Below are positions 51,630 through 60,857 of a stretch of 64,000 bases of DNA, piece by piece. The DNA comes from Acidobacteriota bacterium (GTDB taxonomy: Bacteria > Acidobacteriota > UBA4820). Within the stretch, counting starts at the first letter, position 1; the number at the start of each line of letters is the position of its first letter. A program made the translations under genes and the position numbers. The DNA is taken from positions 1,512-65,511 of the forward strand of contig JAKQCT010000011.1 in assembly GCA_029559035.1 (NCBI GenBank). The letters are read 5' to 3'. The notes under the pieces were generated by a model. It saw nothing but the letters and a program-made list of their open reading frames with translations. It was not told the origin of the DNA and made no database searches.

Positions 51630-52936
51630 AGAAAACCTTCGTCCTGGACACCAATGTCCTGCTGCATGACCCGGAAGCCCTATTCAGGTTCGAAGAGAAC
51701 GAAGTAGTGATACCGATATGGGTCGTCGAAGAGATAGACCATTTCAAGAGGGACGTCACCGAGATCGGCAGGAACGCCAGGAGGGCTTCGAGGGAACTGG
51801 ACAACCTCAGGCTCAAGGGCCCGATCGCCGAAGGCGTCGCGCTTGAGACGGGAGGAAAGCTCTCCATCTCGATGGAGCGGGTGGAGAACAACCTTCCGCC
51901 GACCCTGATGGACAACAAGGGCGACAACCTGATCCTGGGCGTGGCGATAGCGCTCAAGAACAAGAAGAAGAACGTCGTCCTCGTATCCAAGGACACCAAC
52001 CTCAGGATCAAGGCCAACGCGCTGGGCGTCGAGGCGCAGGACTACGAAAGGGGCAAGATCCATTTCGACGAACTGTATGCCGGGTGGACATCTATAAAAG
52101 TAGACAGCGCGTCCCTCGACAGGCTTTACAAGGAAAGGCGCATCCCCGTGCCGCAGGCCGCCCCGCCGGACTCGTTCCACGTCAACGAGATGCTCCACCT
52201 GGAGGCGGACGACGGCACCTCGAAAAGCGCGCTCGCCAGGTTCGACAAGGACGACGGGATAGTGCTGATGGACGACCAGAAGCCCATCTGGGGGATCACC
52301 CCCAGGAACAAGGAACAGCGCTTCGCGATGGACCTTCTCCTGAACGACAGGATCTCGCTCATCACGCTGGTCGGAAAAGCCGGCACCGGGAAAACATTGC
52401 TTGCGATCGCCGCCGGGCTTTTCAAGGTCGCTGACACCCAGGTCTACAAGAAGATGCTCGTCACCAGGCCGATCTTTCCTCTGGGAAAGGACATCGGGTT
52501 CCTGCCCGGAGAACTCGAGGAGAAGCTCAAGCCGTGGATGCAGCCGATATTCGACAACCTGGAGCTCCTTCTGCATCTTACGGAGGGAGGAAAGGGCAAG
52601 TCCCCTTACAGGGAACTGGTCGAGCACGGCATCCTCCAGATAGAAGCCCTGACGTACATCAGGGGAAGGTCCATCCCGTGCCAGTACATGGTGGTGGACG
52701 AGGCTCAGAACCTGACGCCCCACGAAGTGAAAACCATACTCACGAGGGCCGGCGAGAAGACCAAGGTGGTCCTGACCGGGGATCCCTACCAGATCGACAA
52801 CCCTTACGTGGACGCTTCATCGAACGGCCTCACTTACGTCGCCGAGAAGTTCAAGGATCATCCGCTTGCCGGGCACATAACGCTGACAAAGGGCGAAAGG
52901 TCCGGACTGGCGGAAGCCGCAGCGAACATGTTATGA
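51626..52936 (+). CDS. PhoH2/YlaK-type protein: N-terminal PIN domain fused to PhoH ATPase
   Basis: About 436 aa from ATG 51626 (ATGA with the kinase stop). FVLDTNVLLHDPEALF..VVIPIWVVEEIDHFK (PIN); GKAGTGKTLLA Walker A; YMVVDEAQN Walker B. Confidence 0.9.
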   Translation: MKKTFVLDTNVLLHDPEALFRFEENEVVIPIWVVEEIDHFKRDVTEIGRNARRASRELDNLRLKGPIAEGVALETGGKLSISMERVENNLPPTLMDNKGDNLILGVAIALKNKKKNVVLVSKDTNLRIKANALGVEAQDYERGKIHFDELYAGWTSIKVDSASLDRLYKERRIPVPQAAPPDSFHVNEMLHLEADDGTSKSALARFDKDDGIVLMDDQKPIWGITPRNKEQRFAMDLLLNDRISLITLVGKAGTGKTLLAIAAGLFKVADTQVYKKMLVTRPIFPLGKDIGFLPGELEEKLKPWMQPIFDNLELLLHLTEGGKGKSPYRELVEHGILQIEALTYIRGRSIPCQYMVVDEAQNLTPHEVKTILTRAGEKTKVVLTGDPYQIDNPYVDASSNGLTYVAEKFKDHPLAGHITLTKGERSGLAEAAANML

Positions 52937-53469
52937 GGCGTTCCCTCGCGATCCTGCTGCTGGTGGCAGCTTTCACCGTTCAGGCCAAAGGCCCGAAGGT
53001 CGGAAAGATCTCCTGCGGTTTCGACAACCTGCACCTGTTCGTGACGTTTTCGCTCTCCGACGGGTTCCTTTCACAGGATGTCCTTGACGCGATCAATTCG
53101 ACGAAGCCTACAACCTTCACCTACGAGGTCGAGGTCGCGAAGAAAAGGACCGGCTGGTTCGACAAGACAATCGGCAGGAGGGTGGTGGAGAAGACCGTCA
53201 CCTACGACAACCTGACGAGGCAGTACGACCTGGTCACGGCTGTCGACGGCGAGGAGAAGGAGAAGATAAGCCTCATCTCCGTCGAGGAGGTCGAAGAGTC
53301 GCTGAAGGGAATGACCGCCCTCGACATGGGTTCGGTCGTGGACCTCAGCCCGGGAGAAAGGGCTTATTACATAAGGGTCAGGGTAACCCTCCTGAAGAAC
53401 TTTGTTTTGTGGATAATCCCATCGGACGAAGACACGGGATGGACGGAAAAAGAACTGAAAACGCCATAA
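52933..53469 (+). CDS. Secreted DUF4390-like protein
   Basis: About 178 aa from ATG 52933 (ATGA with the phoH2 stop). Signal peptide MRRSLAILLLVAAFTVQA. Its position directly upstream of an NtrY/NtrX-type pair matches the usual DUF4390 synteny. The family call is from memory only. Confidence 0.55.
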   Translation: MRRSLAILLLVAAFTVQAKGPKVGKISCGFDNLHLFVTFSLSDGFLSQDVLDAINSTKPTTFTYEVEVAKKRTGWFDKTIGRRVVEKTVTYDNLTRQYDLVTAVDGEEKEKISLISVEEVEESLKGMTALDMGSVVDLSPGERAYYIRVRVTLLKNFVLWIIPSDEDTGWTEKELKTP

Positions 53470-55565
53470 AGGACAGAGGTAAACGGTGGATAAGGCTCGC
53501 CCTGCCTGCCCTGCTTCTTGTGGCGGGGATCGGCTTCATCTATCACGTCATCAGGTCCAAGGAAGGCCATCCGTTCAAGAACCCGCTCATAGTGCTCGCG
53601 GTCATAGACATCTTTCTGCTTGTGACCCTGTTCTACCTTCTTTTCAGGCAGCTCATAAAGGGATACCTCCAGTGGAGAAGGGTTAAGGAGGGCGCACGGA
53701 TAAGGACCCGCCTGCTGACGGCGTTCGTCCTTCTCGGACTGATCCCCTCGACGCTGCTTTTGATAAGCGCGGTGCTGATGATCGAGTCCGCCGTGGACAA
53801 GTGGTTCACGCTCCCGGTCCACACGGTCAACGAGGCCGGGCAGAGGCTGGTCGACGCTTCTCTGGACCTCTTGAGGACCGGCAGCGCGCGAAGGGCCGAC
53901 TCCGTGGCAAAACAGCTCGAAGCGGTCCCGGAGGATCTTCAGCCCTCTTTCGTCTCCCATATCGTGAAGGGGGGCGACATCGACGCGGTGTGGTTATTCG
54001 GCTCGGACGGCGCGACGATAAAGGAATGGCCGTCGGGAGTCATGCAGGTCGACGCGTTCAAGAAAAGAAAATGCTTTTCCGAGGACGGGCTGAGGGGCTA
54101 CATCGTTCTCGGCGACAAGAGTTATGTGCTGAGCGGGAGCAGGGTCGGAAGCTCCCGGGCCGTCATCGTCGGCTACTTGCTTCCCGAAAAGATGCTCACG
54201 GAAGCGAGGTTCATTGCGGAGAACCAGAAACTCTACCTCCAGGCAAAAGCCGAACGGCAATTCTTCAAGATAAGCATGGTCTCCTCCTTCCTGGCGCTCA
54301 CTCTGGCGGTAATATTCGCCGCGGTCTGGATCGGTATGAAGCTGACCAGGGAGATCAGCAAACCTCTCCAGCTCCTGCTCGAAGGGACGGAAGAGGTTTC
54401 GAGGGGGAACCTGGACCTGGCCATACCTTACGAGGCCAAGGATGAAATAGGCACCGTCGTATCCAGCTTCAACAAGATGGTGGACGATCTGAAAGAGAGC
54501 AAGAGGGAGATAGTCAAGTCCAACCAGGAGCTCCGTGAAGCTTCGGAAGCCGCCGAAAGGAGGCGCCACTATATCGAAACCCTGGTCGAATCCCTGAATG
54601 TGGGGATAGTCTCGATCGGAAGGGATGGCGAGCTGCTGACCGCGAACAACAGGGCCAGGGAATTCCTCGGACTTTCCAAAAAGGACCTGCCCGCGAAGAT
54701 CGTGACGCTCCCCGTCTGGCAGGTCATCAAGGACAGCCTCAGGGACCTGAGCCGTCATCCCGAAGGGAGGAAAGAGGTAACAATTTCGCAACGAGAAGAG
54801 ACAAGGGTCCTGATCGCCTCGCTGGTCCCGATATCGGACGCGGAAGGCGAGGTCTCCAGGAGCATCCTGATACTCGAGGATGTTACCGATCTCAGCAGGA
54901 CGCAGAGAATAGCCGCATGGCAGGAGGTGGCGCGGAGGCTAGCCCACGAGATAAAGAATCCTCTGACGCCGATAAGGCTCAGCGCCCAGCGCATAAGAAA
55001 AAAGGCGAGGGAAGGAGCCGAAGACCTGCATGAAGCGATACTCGAGGGTACGACGACCATCGAGAAAGAAGTCGAGAGCATGATGCTGATGGTCAACGAG
55101 TTCTCGAGATTCGCCAGGCTCCCGGAAGTGAAACTCAGGTGGGGCAGCCTTAGCGAACTCGTCCTTACATCCGCGGCGCCTTACCAGAACGCGTACCCCA
55201 AGGTCAGGTTCTCGTTCGACCTGCCGGAAGCTTTCCCGCAGGTGATGTTCGATCATGAACAGCTCGAAAGGGTGGTGAAGAACCTTTTCGAGAACTCGAT
55301 AGAAGCCATGAAAATGGCCGGCGAGATACAGGTGAGCCTCTCGATGACGGACAAGTGGGCATGCGTTTCCATACGCGACACCGGTCCGGGGATTCCCCAC
55401 GAGATCCGGGAAAAGATGTTCCTGCCCTATTTTTCCACGAAGAAAAAGGGGATGGGGCTCGGCATGGCGATAGTCGCGAGGATACTCGAAGAGCACGGCG
55501 GCAGGATTGAAGTTGACGGAAGCTACGCCGGAGGGGCCGGGATGACGATCTTTCTTCCGAGGTGA
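53409..55565 (+). CDS. NtrY-like membrane sensor histidine kinase (multi-TM, HAMP, PAS, HisKA, HATPase)
   Basis: 718 aa. Normal H-box RRLAHEIKNPLTPI. N, G1, F and G2 boxes present (NLFENSIEA, DTGPGI, FLPYFSTK, GLGMAI). The start may be ATG 53439. Confidence 0.9.
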   Translation: MDNPIGRRHGMDGKRTENAIKDRGKRWIRLALPALLLVAGIGFIYHVIRSKEGHPFKNPLIVLAVIDIFLLVTLFYLLFRQLIKGYLQWRRVKEGARIRTRLLTAFVLLGLIPSTLLLISAVLMIESAVDKWFTLPVHTVNEAGQRLVDASLDLLRTGSARRADSVAKQLEAVPEDLQPSFVSHIVKGGDIDAVWLFGSDGATIKEWPSGVMQVDAFKKRKCFSEDGLRGYIVLGDKSYVLSGSRVGSSRAVIVGYLLPEKMLTEARFIAENQKLYLQAKAERQFFKISMVSSFLALTLAVIFAAVWIGMKLTREISKPLQLLLEGTEEVSRGNLDLAIPYEAKDEIGTVVSSFNKMVDDLKESKREIVKSNQELREASEAAERRRHYIETLVESLNVGIVSIGRDGELLTANNRAREFLGLSKKDLPAKIVTLPVWQVIKDSLRDLSRHPEGRKEVTISQREETRVLIASLVPISDAEGEVSRSILILEDVTDLSRTQRIAAWQEVARRLAHEIKNPLTPIRLSAQRIRKKAREGAEDLHEAILEGTTTIEKEVESMMLMVNEFSRFARLPEVKLRWGSLSELVLTSAAPYQNAYPKVRFSFDLPEAFPQVMFDHEQLERVVKNLFENSIEAMKMAGEIQVSLSMTDKWACVSIRDTGPGIPHEIREKMFLPYFSTKKKGMGLGMAIVARILEEHGGRIEVDGSYAGGAGMTIFLPR

Positions 55566-56932
55566 CGACGATGGGACGAGCGAAGGTTCTGATAGTGGAC
55601 GACGAGGAGAGCATCCAGAACAGCCTTTCAGGCATCCTGGCGGACGAGGGTTACGGGGTCAGGTGCTGCTCGGACGCGGAGACCGCGCTGAGGCTATTCG
55701 AGAGGGAGGAGTTCGACGTGGTCCTGCTGGACATCTGGCTGCCGCAGATGGACGGCCTGAAGCTTTTCGAGCAGATGAAGTCCGAGGGCAGGGAGGAGGA
55801 AGTCATCCTGATCTCCGGCCACGGCACTATCGAGCAGGCCGTCAGGGCGACCAAGATAGGCGCTTTCGATTTCCTGGAAAAACCTCTTTCGCTGGAACGC
55901 GTCGTAGTGGCGGTGGCCAACGCGAGGAAAAAGAAGGAACTTCTCCAGAGGGAAACCTTTTACAAGGACGAGCTCAAGGGCGACGTGGACCTGATAGGGG
56001 AAAGCTCCGTCATGCTGAGGCTCAAGGAACAGGTCGCACTCGCTGCTCCGAGCGACGGAAGGGTCCTTATATGCGGCGAGAACGGAACCGGGAAGGAACT
56101 TGTCGCGAGAAGCATACACCAGCAGAGCGGCAGGGCCTCAGAGACGTTCGTGGAGCTGAACTGCGCGGCCATACCGCAGGAGCTGATAGAGTCGGAGCTG
56201 TTCGGCCACAAGAAAGGTTCGTTCACGGGCGCTCTCGAGAACAAGAAAGGCAAGTTCATACTCGCTGACGGGGGCACTCTTTTCCTGGACGAAGTAGGCG
56301 ACATGAGCCTGATGACGCAGGCCAAGGTGCTTCGGGCGATAGAAGAACAGACGATCGAGCCGGTGGGGGGAAGCGAGTCCGTTCAGGTCGATGTTCGGGT
56401 CATAGCCGCGACGAACAAGGACCTCGAGCAGGAGATACGGGAGGGGAGGTTCAGGGAGGACCTCTACTACAGGCTGAACGTTATCAGGATAACCCTGCCG
56501 GCACTCAGGGACAGGGAGGATGACGTCGCTCTCCTGTTCTCATATTACCTCGATTATTTCTCGGCGAAGTACAGGAAACCGTCGAAGACAGTGTCGGAAC
56601 AGGCGTTCAGGGCGCTCCGGGACTACCGGTGGCCGGGCAACATCAGGGAGCTCAAAAACATAGCGGAAAGAGTCATCATCATGCACCGTGGGAGGGAGAT
56701 ACTGCCGGAAGACCTTTTCCTGCCGGAATTTCGGGCGAGCAATGCCAAGAATGGTCAGGCGAGGGCGGGTTCGCTGAGGGAAGCCAAGGAGGAATTCGAG
56801 CGGGAGTTCATTATTGGTGTATTGAGACAAAACGGTTATAATATCTCGAGGGCCGCCGAGGTCCTGGAGATAGAGAGGAGGCATCTGTACCGGAAAATGG
56901 CCTCCCTCAAGATCGATAAGGAGGAGTCCTGA
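55562..56932 (+). CDS. Sigma54-dependent response regulator (NtrX/NtrC family)
   Basis: 456 aa. VLIVDDE..DVVLLDIWLPQMDG; GENGTGKELVARSIH; ELFGHKKGSFTGA; C-terminal HTH NISRAAEVLEIERRHLYRK. GTG 55562 overlaps the kinase stop; ATG 55571 is an alternative start. Confidence 0.93.
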   Translation: MTTMGRAKVLIVDDEESIQNSLSGILADEGYGVRCCSDAETALRLFEREEFDVVLLDIWLPQMDGLKLFEQMKSEGREEEVILISGHGTIEQAVRATKIGAFDFLEKPLSLERVVVAVANARKKKELLQRETFYKDELKGDVDLIGESSVMLRLKEQVALAAPSDGRVLICGENGTGKELVARSIHQQSGRASETFVELNCAAIPQELIESELFGHKKGSFTGALENKKGKFILADGGTLFLDEVGDMSLMTQAKVLRAIEEQTIEPVGGSESVQVDVRVIAATNKDLEQEIREGRFREDLYYRLNVIRITLPALRDREDDVALLFSYYLDYFSAKYRKPSKTVSEQAFRALRDYRWPGNIRELKNIAERVIIMHRGREILPEDLFLPEFRASNAKNGQARAGSLREAKEEFEREFIIGVLRQNGYNISRAAEVLEIERRHLYRKMASLKIDKEES

Positions 56933-57951
56933 TGGTCATGGTCAACCACGCCACCCGAGAGATGACGATGAAGATCGTCTATTACGGCCCAGGACTGTGC
57001 GGGAAGACTACCAACCTCGAATACATATACCAGACGGCGACTCCCGAGAAGAAAGGAAAGCTTCTCACCGTGGCGACCGAGACCGACAGGACGCTTTTCT
57101 TCGATTTCCTGCCGATGGAGCTGGGCACCGTCAAAGGGATGAAGCTAAGGGTTCAGCTTTATACGGTCCCCGGACAGGTTTTCTACGACGCGACCAGGAG
57201 GATCGTCCTGAGAGGTTCCGACGGACTTGTCTTCGTGGCTGACTCCCAGGGCCTCATGATGGACGCCAACATGGAGAGCCTCGAAAACCTGCTCACGAAC
57301 CTCAAGATCAACAACATCGACCCCGAGGCCGTACCGCTGGTTTTCCAGTACAACAAGCGCGACCTTCCCGGTGCTTCGGATCCCGCGGAAATGGACAAGG
57401 TGCTGAACTGGAGGAGTGTTCCCTCGTTCACGGCGGTGGCGACAAAAGGCACCGGCGTCAACGAGACCCTGAAGAAGATAATCGAGCTTGTCATCAGGAA
57501 GATCCATGAACAGGACGCTACCCTGAAACCGGGAAAGCCCGCCGAGAAAAAGGCCGAAGAACCGGCGCCCCCCCCAGTCCCGCCTGCCGTCAAAAAAGTT
57601 GCCGAGGAACCTCCTCCGCCTGAACCCGAACCGATTCAAGCGGACGAAGCCGAAGAGGAACAGATCGAGATGGAGGTGATCGAGGACGAACCGATCGCGG
57701 AAAGGACTGCGACCGGGGGAGACCCGCCGATGCCGGAAGCTGATCCGGAGCAGGAGGAAGAGCCCGAGATCGCCGGCAGCGGTTCCTTCGAGCTTGCCGA
57801 TCCTCAGCCGGCGGCCGAGGGCCGAGCCGGGCTTGCAGAGCTTGAAGAACTGACCGCCGCGACCGCTCAACTGCAGGAAAAACTCCTTTCGGTCCTCGAT
57901 GAGGTGGACAGGCTCAAGGCCAGGATCATCCAACTGAAGGATGGAAGATAA
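56932..57951 (+). CDS. mglA: MglA-family Ras-like GTPase with ~145-aa acidic/Pro-rich plus coiled-coil C-terminal extension
   Basis: 339 aa. MVMVNHATREMTMKIVYYGPGLCGKTTNLEYIY..TETDRTLFFDFLP..LYTVPGQVFYDA (Thr-for-Asp G3 signature of MglA)..QYNKRDL. The N-terminus aligns residue for residue with M. xanthus MglA as I recall it. Extension from about nt 57517. Confidence 0.9.
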   Translation: MVMVNHATREMTMKIVYYGPGLCGKTTNLEYIYQTATPEKKGKLLTVATETDRTLFFDFLPMELGTVKGMKLRVQLYTVPGQVFYDATRRIVLRGSDGLVFVADSQGLMMDANMESLENLLTNLKINNIDPEAVPLVFQYNKRDLPGASDPAEMDKVLNWRSVPSFTAVATKGTGVNETLKKIIELVIRKIHEQDATLKPGKPAEKKAEEPAPPPVPPAVKKVAEEPPPPEPEPIQADEAEEEQIEMEVIEDEPIAERTATGGDPPMPEADPEQEEEPEIAGSGSFELADPQPAAEGRAGLAELEELTAATAQLQEKLLSVLDEVDRLKARIIQLKDGR

Positions 57952-57971
57952 CACAATATATTGAAGCTTTC

Positions 57972-58000
57972 TTGACAACCGCCCTTTTATGATGTATAAA
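57972..58000 (+). promoter_or_regulatory. Sigma70-type promoter of the OMP gene
   Basis: TTGACA (57972-57977), 17 nt, TATAAA (57995-58000). GGAGGTG RBS before ATG 58030. Confidence 0.5.
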
Positions 58001-58029
58001 AACCTTGAAATGTTTATGGAGGTGATTGA

Positions 58030-58554
58030 ATGAAAAGATATTTCCTGATCGCTTTGACCGTGGCATTCCTGGCCATCCCGGCCCTCGCGCAGGGCGGGAC
58101 CGGCTATTTCGCCATCCTTCCGGGTTACCAGTTCAGTTCCAGCGAGGTCGAGAGCTGCTTCGTGGGAAGCCTTGACGGCGGGTATTTCTACAACGACAAC
58201 TGGGGGCTCCACATGGGCCTCAACTACAACTCGGGCGAGTTCGATTTCGGAGACCTCGGATTCGGCCATCTCCCCTATTCGTGGGTCGACGATGTTTACA
58301 AGGATTCTTTCTACATCTTAGAGATCGGCCCGGAGATCGCCGGCAACGTGGGGCCGGGACAGCTTTACGGACAGCTGAACATCGGCCACACTTTCGGAGC
58401 CAGGGAGAACGAGTGGACCTACGGCGTGGCTTGCGGCTACCGCTTTCCGATCAACGACAGGGTGGGGATCAACGTCCAGGGAACCTATCACAGGGTCAAC
58501 GATTGGGACACCGACCACCTGGACCTCAGGCTCGGCGTCATATTCAGGTTCTGA
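58030..58554 (+). CDS. Small outer-membrane beta-barrel protein (OmpA-N/OmpW-like 8-strand type)
   Basis: 174 aa. Signal peptide ..AIPALA/QG. Alternating aromatic/Gly strands. C-terminal LRLGVIFRF with terminal Phe. Confidence 0.75.
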   Translation: MKRYFLIALTVAFLAIPALAQGGTGYFAILPGYQFSSSEVESCFVGSLDGGYFYNDNWGLHMGLNYNSGEFDFGDLGFGHLPYSWVDDVYKDSFYILEIGPEIAGNVGPGQLYGQLNIGHTFGARENEWTYGVACGYRFPINDRVGINVQGTYHRVNDWDTDHLDLRLGVIFRF

Positions 58555-58579
58555 CAAAGAGGAAGGTTATGCGGGAAGG

Positions 58580-58614
58580 AAAAGGGGAGGCGATCGCCTC
58601 CCCTTTTCTTTTTT
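58580..58614. terminator. Bidirectional terminator
   Basis: 20-nt perfect palindrome GGGGAGGCGATCGCCTCCCC (58584-58603) flanked by AAAA and TTTTCTTTTTT, between convergent genes. Confidence 0.85.
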
Positions 58615-58632
58615 AAAAGGTGTAAAAGATAT

Positions 58633-59871
58633 TCACTTTATCTCTTCCACCGTTTCAAGGATGTTGATGTTCCTCTTCTTGAGCTCCTCGTTGAAAAGCT
58701 TCCAGTTCTCGCCGTAGATGGCGTCTTCCGGAGGGACTATGCCCTTTTCCTTTATCAGTCCCTTTCCCATGAATACCGCGCTTATCGCGGCGGGGAAGCC
58801 GGTGACCCTGCCCATGGACGAGATGTTGACCTTCGGGTCGGGAGTGTCCCACATGTGATGCTTGATGCAGACCTTCTTGCCGCCCAGAACTCCGTATGTG
58901 GTGTTGTACATAACGCATACGTCCGCGTCGCCTTCTTTCGCCCTCAGCTTCGGTTCGATGCAGGCGAGCAGGAGCTCCCTGGGGACGACGTTCTGCCCGT
59001 TCACCTTGACGGGGTCGATGCTCAGGACGCCGCACTCCTTGAGAGTGTCTACCCCGCTGTAATGGCCCGGCCAGCGTATCGTCTTCTCGGCGAAATAGCT
59101 GAGCTCGGGGCGGGTGTAGATGAAGCTGGGCATGCCGGGGGTGACCGCGCACTGCAGTTCCTCGTTCACGCCGTGCTTGTCGAAGAGGAAGGTCTCCCTG
59201 TCGCAGAGAGCCGGCACTTCCACTTTCTTGCCGTCCTTCAGGATGAACAGCTTGACGTTGTACTCCCTGAGGACGTGGGAGAATGCCCAGGTGATCATGT
59301 ATTTCAGGGGGCGTCCCTCCGCGCTCTTCTTGCAGGGTATTCCGCCCACCCTGGCCACGGCCCACTCGGCCTTGTCCAGTTTCCTGAGCGCGTCTCCCGT
59401 CGTCAGGTTGCTGAGGCCGGGAGCGAACCCGATGCCGTCCAGGAATGTCGAACCGTTCTTCTTCGCCGTTTCGTGCAGCCAGTCCCCGTACTCGTCCAGC
59501 GTCGTGTTCGGAGGCAGCTTGAGGCCTTCGAGTTCGTAAAGGTCGGGCCTCCTGTGATACTCCTCCAGCATGTCCACGTAATTGAACCCGGCCTCGACGG
59601 CCGCGTGGGCTAGGGAGTAGCTCGTGTGCCTGTCGGGAAGCGTGCAGACGCCGACGTCGTAACCCTTCATCGCGTCCTGGAGGGCTTTCTTGTCGTCGGT
59701 GTCGGCGACATGGATCACTGTCTTGGGGGAATTGAGCCATTTCGCGGCTTCTTCGAGTGCATCCCTCCTTCTTCCGAGAAGTCCGATCTTCTCTACTTCG
59801 TCCACTTTCGCGAGGTCGTACGCGACGGCCCTCCCCATCTTTCCGTTTGCGCCGAAAACGAGAATCTTCAT
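58633..59871 (-). CDS. Saccharopine dehydrogenase family NAD(P)-dependent oxidoreductase
   Basis: MKILVFGANGKMGRAVAYDL Rossmann start with a GGGGGA RBS. The track ORF adds 6 codons upstream (to 59889). Confidence 0.85.
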   Translation of the reverse strand: MKILVFGANGKMGRAVAYDLAKVDEVEKIGLLGRRRDALEEAAKWLNSPKTVIHVADTDDKKALQDAMKGYDVGVCTLPDRHTSYSLAHAAVEAGFNYVDMLEEYHRRPDLYELEGLKLPPNTTLDEYGDWLHETAKKNGSTFLDGIGFAPGLSNLTTGDALRKLDKAEWAVARVGGIPCKKSAEGRPLKYMITWAFSHVLREYNVKLFILKDGKKVEVPALCDRETFLFDKHGVNEELQCAVTPGMPSFIYTRPELSYFAEKTIRWPGHYSGVDTLKECGVLSIDPVKVNGQNVVPRELLLACIEPKLRAKEGDADVCVMYNTTYGVLGGKKVCIKHHMWDTPDPKVNISSMGRVTGFPAAISAVFMGKGLIKEKGIVPPEDAIYGENWKLFNEELKKRNINILETVEEIK

Positions 59872-59998
59872 CTGCGTTCCCCCTTTCAATTTTCTATACG
59901 AACAAAATGATTCTTTCAGAAAGAACGCTGGAAGTCAAATAGCCCTTCTAATACAAAGGAAATCCGACTGCCCGGTAGGTCCCGCCGGCATTGAAAAA

Positions 59999-60067
59999 TG
60001 AAGATTAAAAAGTGAAAAGTGAAAAATTGAGGAATCTATTTCCCTATTGATCTTCAGCCGTGAAGGC
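59999..60067. repeat. IS-end-like element (copy B), probable terminal repeat region of the decayed IS3-family element
   Basis: TGAAGATTAAAAAGTGAAAAGTGAAAAATTGAGGAATCTATTTCCCTATTGATCTTCAGCCGTGAAGGC. Starts with the TGA typical of IS3-family ends. Lies 42 nt beyond the transposase stop. Homologous to 11076-11128. Confidence 0.45.
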
Positions 60068-60108
60068 TGCCCGGAGGGACCGTGACTCCTCCCCATTTTA
60101 TGTGCCAC

Positions 60109-60381
60109 CTACAATGAGAGGATACCATTTGCATTTATGGGCGGCAAGGGAGCGGAGGCATTGGGCCGAAGCGAGCTTGCCGCCGTCGCCGCAAACATTG
60201 CAAGGGATTTTCCTCCAAATCGCTCCTTAGGTCTGAACTCGTTGTATTCAAGCCTCCATTCCTCAACGATCTCCTGTGCCTCCCGTCCATCCATGAATAC
60301 GTGCATGTTAAGGCACTCCGTCCTTAGTTTTCCGTTGAAGCTTTCTATGTGGGGATTCTCCCAAGAGCTTCCGGGGGTGAA
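60109..60381 (-). pseudogene. 5'-truncated IS3-family transposase (OrfB C-terminal fragment)
   Basis: The open frame reads FTPGSSWENPHIESFNGKLRTECLNMHVFMDGREAQEIVEEWRLEYNEFRPKERFGG.., which corresponds to the P.(W/Q)(E/D)N..IESFNG(K/R)LRDECLN...F....EA...IE.WR..YN..RPHSSLG C-terminus of rve-type IS3 transposases. An in-frame stop sits at 60382-60384 and there is no catalytic core upstream. RPHSSLG has decayed to RPKERFG. Confidence 0.8.
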
Positions 60382-60828
60382 TCAGTGAGCGAGCTTGCGA
60401 GTGAAACGTCTAAGGAGGGAGCGTAGCGCCCCCTTCTTTGGAAGTTCCCCTTATCCCCGAAATACAATGCGCCCATTTTTCACCTCAACTATATTATACT
60501 CCCTCCCCCATACCATTAGGAGCGACAGGTGCAAATAGTAACGTGGATGACGTCCTAAACCATAACCTTGCTTTTCCCGTCTTATCCTTGGGTCATGGGA
60601 CCGAGCTGTGATCTGCTGCGGGGCTGTTTTTTCGCGGCGGCTTCGGGCATAGTGCCCGGCAAACGGTTCTCAAGCAGTGTGCCCGGGTTCCCCTGCCGAC
60701 CCGCCCTGATGAACCTATTATCCGGGGTTCATTCCCTCCGCCCCGTTGCCTCCCATAGCCGGGCGGGGGCCTTCCGCCCTTATCCCGAACGATGACGCCA
60801 GGCCGCCTTTTTTCTACCCCCCGTGTTC

Positions 60829-60857
60829 TTGACAAGAATGGAGCGCAGGCGGATAAT
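60829..60857 (+). promoter_or_regulatory. Sigma70-type promoter of the metalloprotease gene
   Basis: TTGACA (60829-60834), 17 nt, GATAAT (60852-60857). GGAGGG RBS 6 nt before ATG 60887. Confidence 0.5.

Noticed and set aside
55562-58030. A hidden MglB (Roadblock/LC7) gene next to the MglA-like gene
   Set aside because: All frames around the GTPase gene are occupied by the sigma54 regulator upstream and an OMP promoter and gene downstream. No ~150-aa Roadblock-like ORF is present.
57145-58269. 374-aa minus-strand ORF; similar long shadow ORFs at 5661-6719, 35402-36310, 39940-40764, 41288-42313, 51680-52723 and 58655-59740
   Set aside because: Each overlaps a confidently assigned gene on the other strand or in another frame, and none has recognisable motifs. 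I treated them as shadow ORFs.
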